A DNA stretch of 526 nucleotides, taken from a phage. The translations under genes were made by a program, and so were the position numbers. Below the pieces are notes generated by a model. It ran no database searches and was not told the origin of the DNA. It saw nothing but the letters and a program-made list of their open reading frames with translations. Location: the sequence record EF517089.1, one strand, 5' to 3'. This document shows positions 1 through 526 of the stretch, piece by piece. Position 1 is the stretch's first letter. Every line of letters starts with the position of its first letter.

Positions 1-238
1 GGAAGGGGCTTGTCCGGTTAAACAGGTTGCTGGCAGTCTAGCTGGTCTGGCTGGTGGTACTGGTGAAACACAGATGGTGGAAATACCACAAGCTGTCGCA
101 CAGATTGTTGACGTACCTGAGAAAGAGGTTTCCACTGAGGACGAAGTACAGACAGAAAGCGGACGCAAGAAAGCTCGTGCTGGCGGTAAGAAATCCTTGA
201 GTGTAGCCCGTAGTTCCGGTGGCGGTATCAACATTTAA
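1..238 (+). CDS. 7.3: 3'-partial end of a small Gly/Ala/Lys-rich phage tail / host-range protein (T7 gp7.3-like); 5' end lies upstream of the window, first full codon starts at position 2
   Basis: Frame 2 is open from the window edge to TAA at 236-238 and translates to EGACPVKQVAGSLAGLAGGTGETQMVEIPQAVAQIVDVPEKEVSTEDEVQTESGRKKARAGGKKSLSVARSSGGGINI*. The low-complexity G/A-rich segment, acidic middle and basic C-terminal tail ending GGGINI match my recollection of T7 gp7.3; this is from memory, not from a search. It is absent from the supplied ORF track because it has no start codon inside the window. Confidence 0.8.
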   Translation, partial: EGACPVKQVAGSLAGLAGGTGETQMVEIPQAVAQIVDVPEKEVSTEDEVQTESGRKKARAGGKKSLSVARSSGGGINI

Positions 239-240
239 TC

Positions 241-246
241 AGGAGG
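241..246 (+). promoter_or_regulatory. Shine-Dalgarno ribosome-binding site (AGGAGG) for the downstream HNH endonuclease gene
   Basis: Perfect AGGAGG at 241-246, 5 nt upstream of the GTG at 252-254 and only 2 nt after the TAA stop of the upstream gene. Confidence 0.75.
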
Positions 247-251
247 TTATC

Positions 252-526
252 GTGGAAGATTGCATTGAATGGATCGGAGATGTCAACTCTAAGGGTTATG
301 GTCGTAAGTGGGTTAATGGTAAATTTGTGACTCCACATAGGCACATCTATGAGGAGACATATGGTCCAGTTCCAACAGGAATTGTGGTGATGCATATTTG
401 CGATAACCCTAGGTGCTATAACATAAAGCACCTTACGCTTGGAACTCCAAAGGATAATTCCGAGGACATGGTTACCAAAGGTAGACAGGCTAAAGGAAAG
501 GAACTAAGCAAGAAACTTACAGAGTC
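252..526 (+). CDS. 7.7: HNH-family (homing-type) endonuclease, 5' portion; the ORF continues beyond the window end (T7 gp7.7-like)
   Basis: GTG start at 252 preceded by AGGAGG; frame 3 is open to the window end. Translation: (M/V)EDCIEWIGDVNSKGYGRKWVNGKFVTPHRHIYEETYGPVPTGIVVMHICDNPRCYNIKHLTLGTPKDNSEDMVTKGRQAKGKELSKKLTE... This carries the canonical HNH signature (HRH...VMHICDNPRCYNIKHL...GTPKDNSED, i.e. H-x-C-D-N-x-x-C-x-N-x-x-H-L followed by N..D) and closely resembles T7 gene 7.7 as I recall it. The in-frame stop at 204-206 rules out a start upstream of 207; the only other in-frame candidate, GTG 219-221, lacks an SD and lies inside the upstream gene. Confidence 0.85.
   Translation, partial: MEDCIEWIGDVNSKGYGRKWVNGKFVTPHRHIYEETYGPVPTGIVVMHICDNPRCYNIKHLTLGTPKDNSEDMVTKGRQAKGKELSKKLTE

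Noticed and set aside
219-221. Upstream in-frame GTG as an extended start for the HNH gene
   Set aside because: It lacks any ribosome-binding site, lies inside the upstream gene's coding sequence, and would add a 11-residue N-terminal extension not expected for this family.
336-351. Short inverted repeat CATAG / CTATG with a 6-nt spacer
   Set aside because: A 5-bp AT-rich stem inside a coding region, with no following U-tract. It is not a credible terminator or regulatory hairpin and is expected by chance.
390-392. Internal in-frame ATG as an alternative start for the HNH gene
   Set aside because: It has no Shine-Dalgarno upstream and would truncate the protein before the conserved HRH/GY region of the HNH fold. 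The GTG at 252 with a perfect AGGAGG is far better supported.
228-431. Minus-strand 67-aa ORF from the supplied six-frame track (MLYVIAPRVIANMHHHNSCWNWTICLLIDVPMWSHKFTINPLTTITLRVDISDPFNAIFHDNLLIKC)
   Set aside because: It lies antisense to the HNH coding sequence, which has strong motif support. Its start codon is actually GTG (reverse complement of 429-431) with no Shine-Dalgarno upstream, and it has no recognisable domain. It is most likely a chance antisense ORF.
1-526. Search for a T7 RNA-polymerase promoter (TAATACGACTCACTATAGG-like) or an RNase III processing hairpin between the two genes
   Set aside because: No match to the class II/III promoter consensus on either strand, and the 13-nt intergenic gap is too short to hold a promoter or a processing stem-loop.

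Overview
The window reads as a compact T7-like (Autographiviridae/Teseptimavirus-type) phage segment with two same-strand genes and no sign of a novel multi-gene system. Positions 1-238 (+) are the 3' end of a Gly/Ala/Lys-rich small protein, translated in frame 2 as ...EGACPVKQVAGSLAGLAGGTGETQMVEIPQAVAQIVDVPEKEVSTEDEVQTESGRKKARAGGKKSLSVARSSGGGINI*, which I recognise from memory as the T7 gene 7.3 tail/host-range protein. After a 13-nt gap with a consensus Shine-Dalgarno (AGGAGG, 241-246), a GTG-initiated ORF begins at 252 and runs off the window. It encodes a clear HNH-family endonuclease N-terminus (T7 gene 7.7-like, freestanding homing-endonuclease type). The single ORF in the supplied track (minus strand, 228-431) is antisense to this HNH gene and is most likely spurious. 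The main points worth a second look are the HNH gene itself (GTG start, tight coupling to the upstream gene) and a perfect E. coli Chi octamer inside the Gly-rich coding repeat. All identifications are from reading the sequence and from recollection of T7 proteins; no database search was run.
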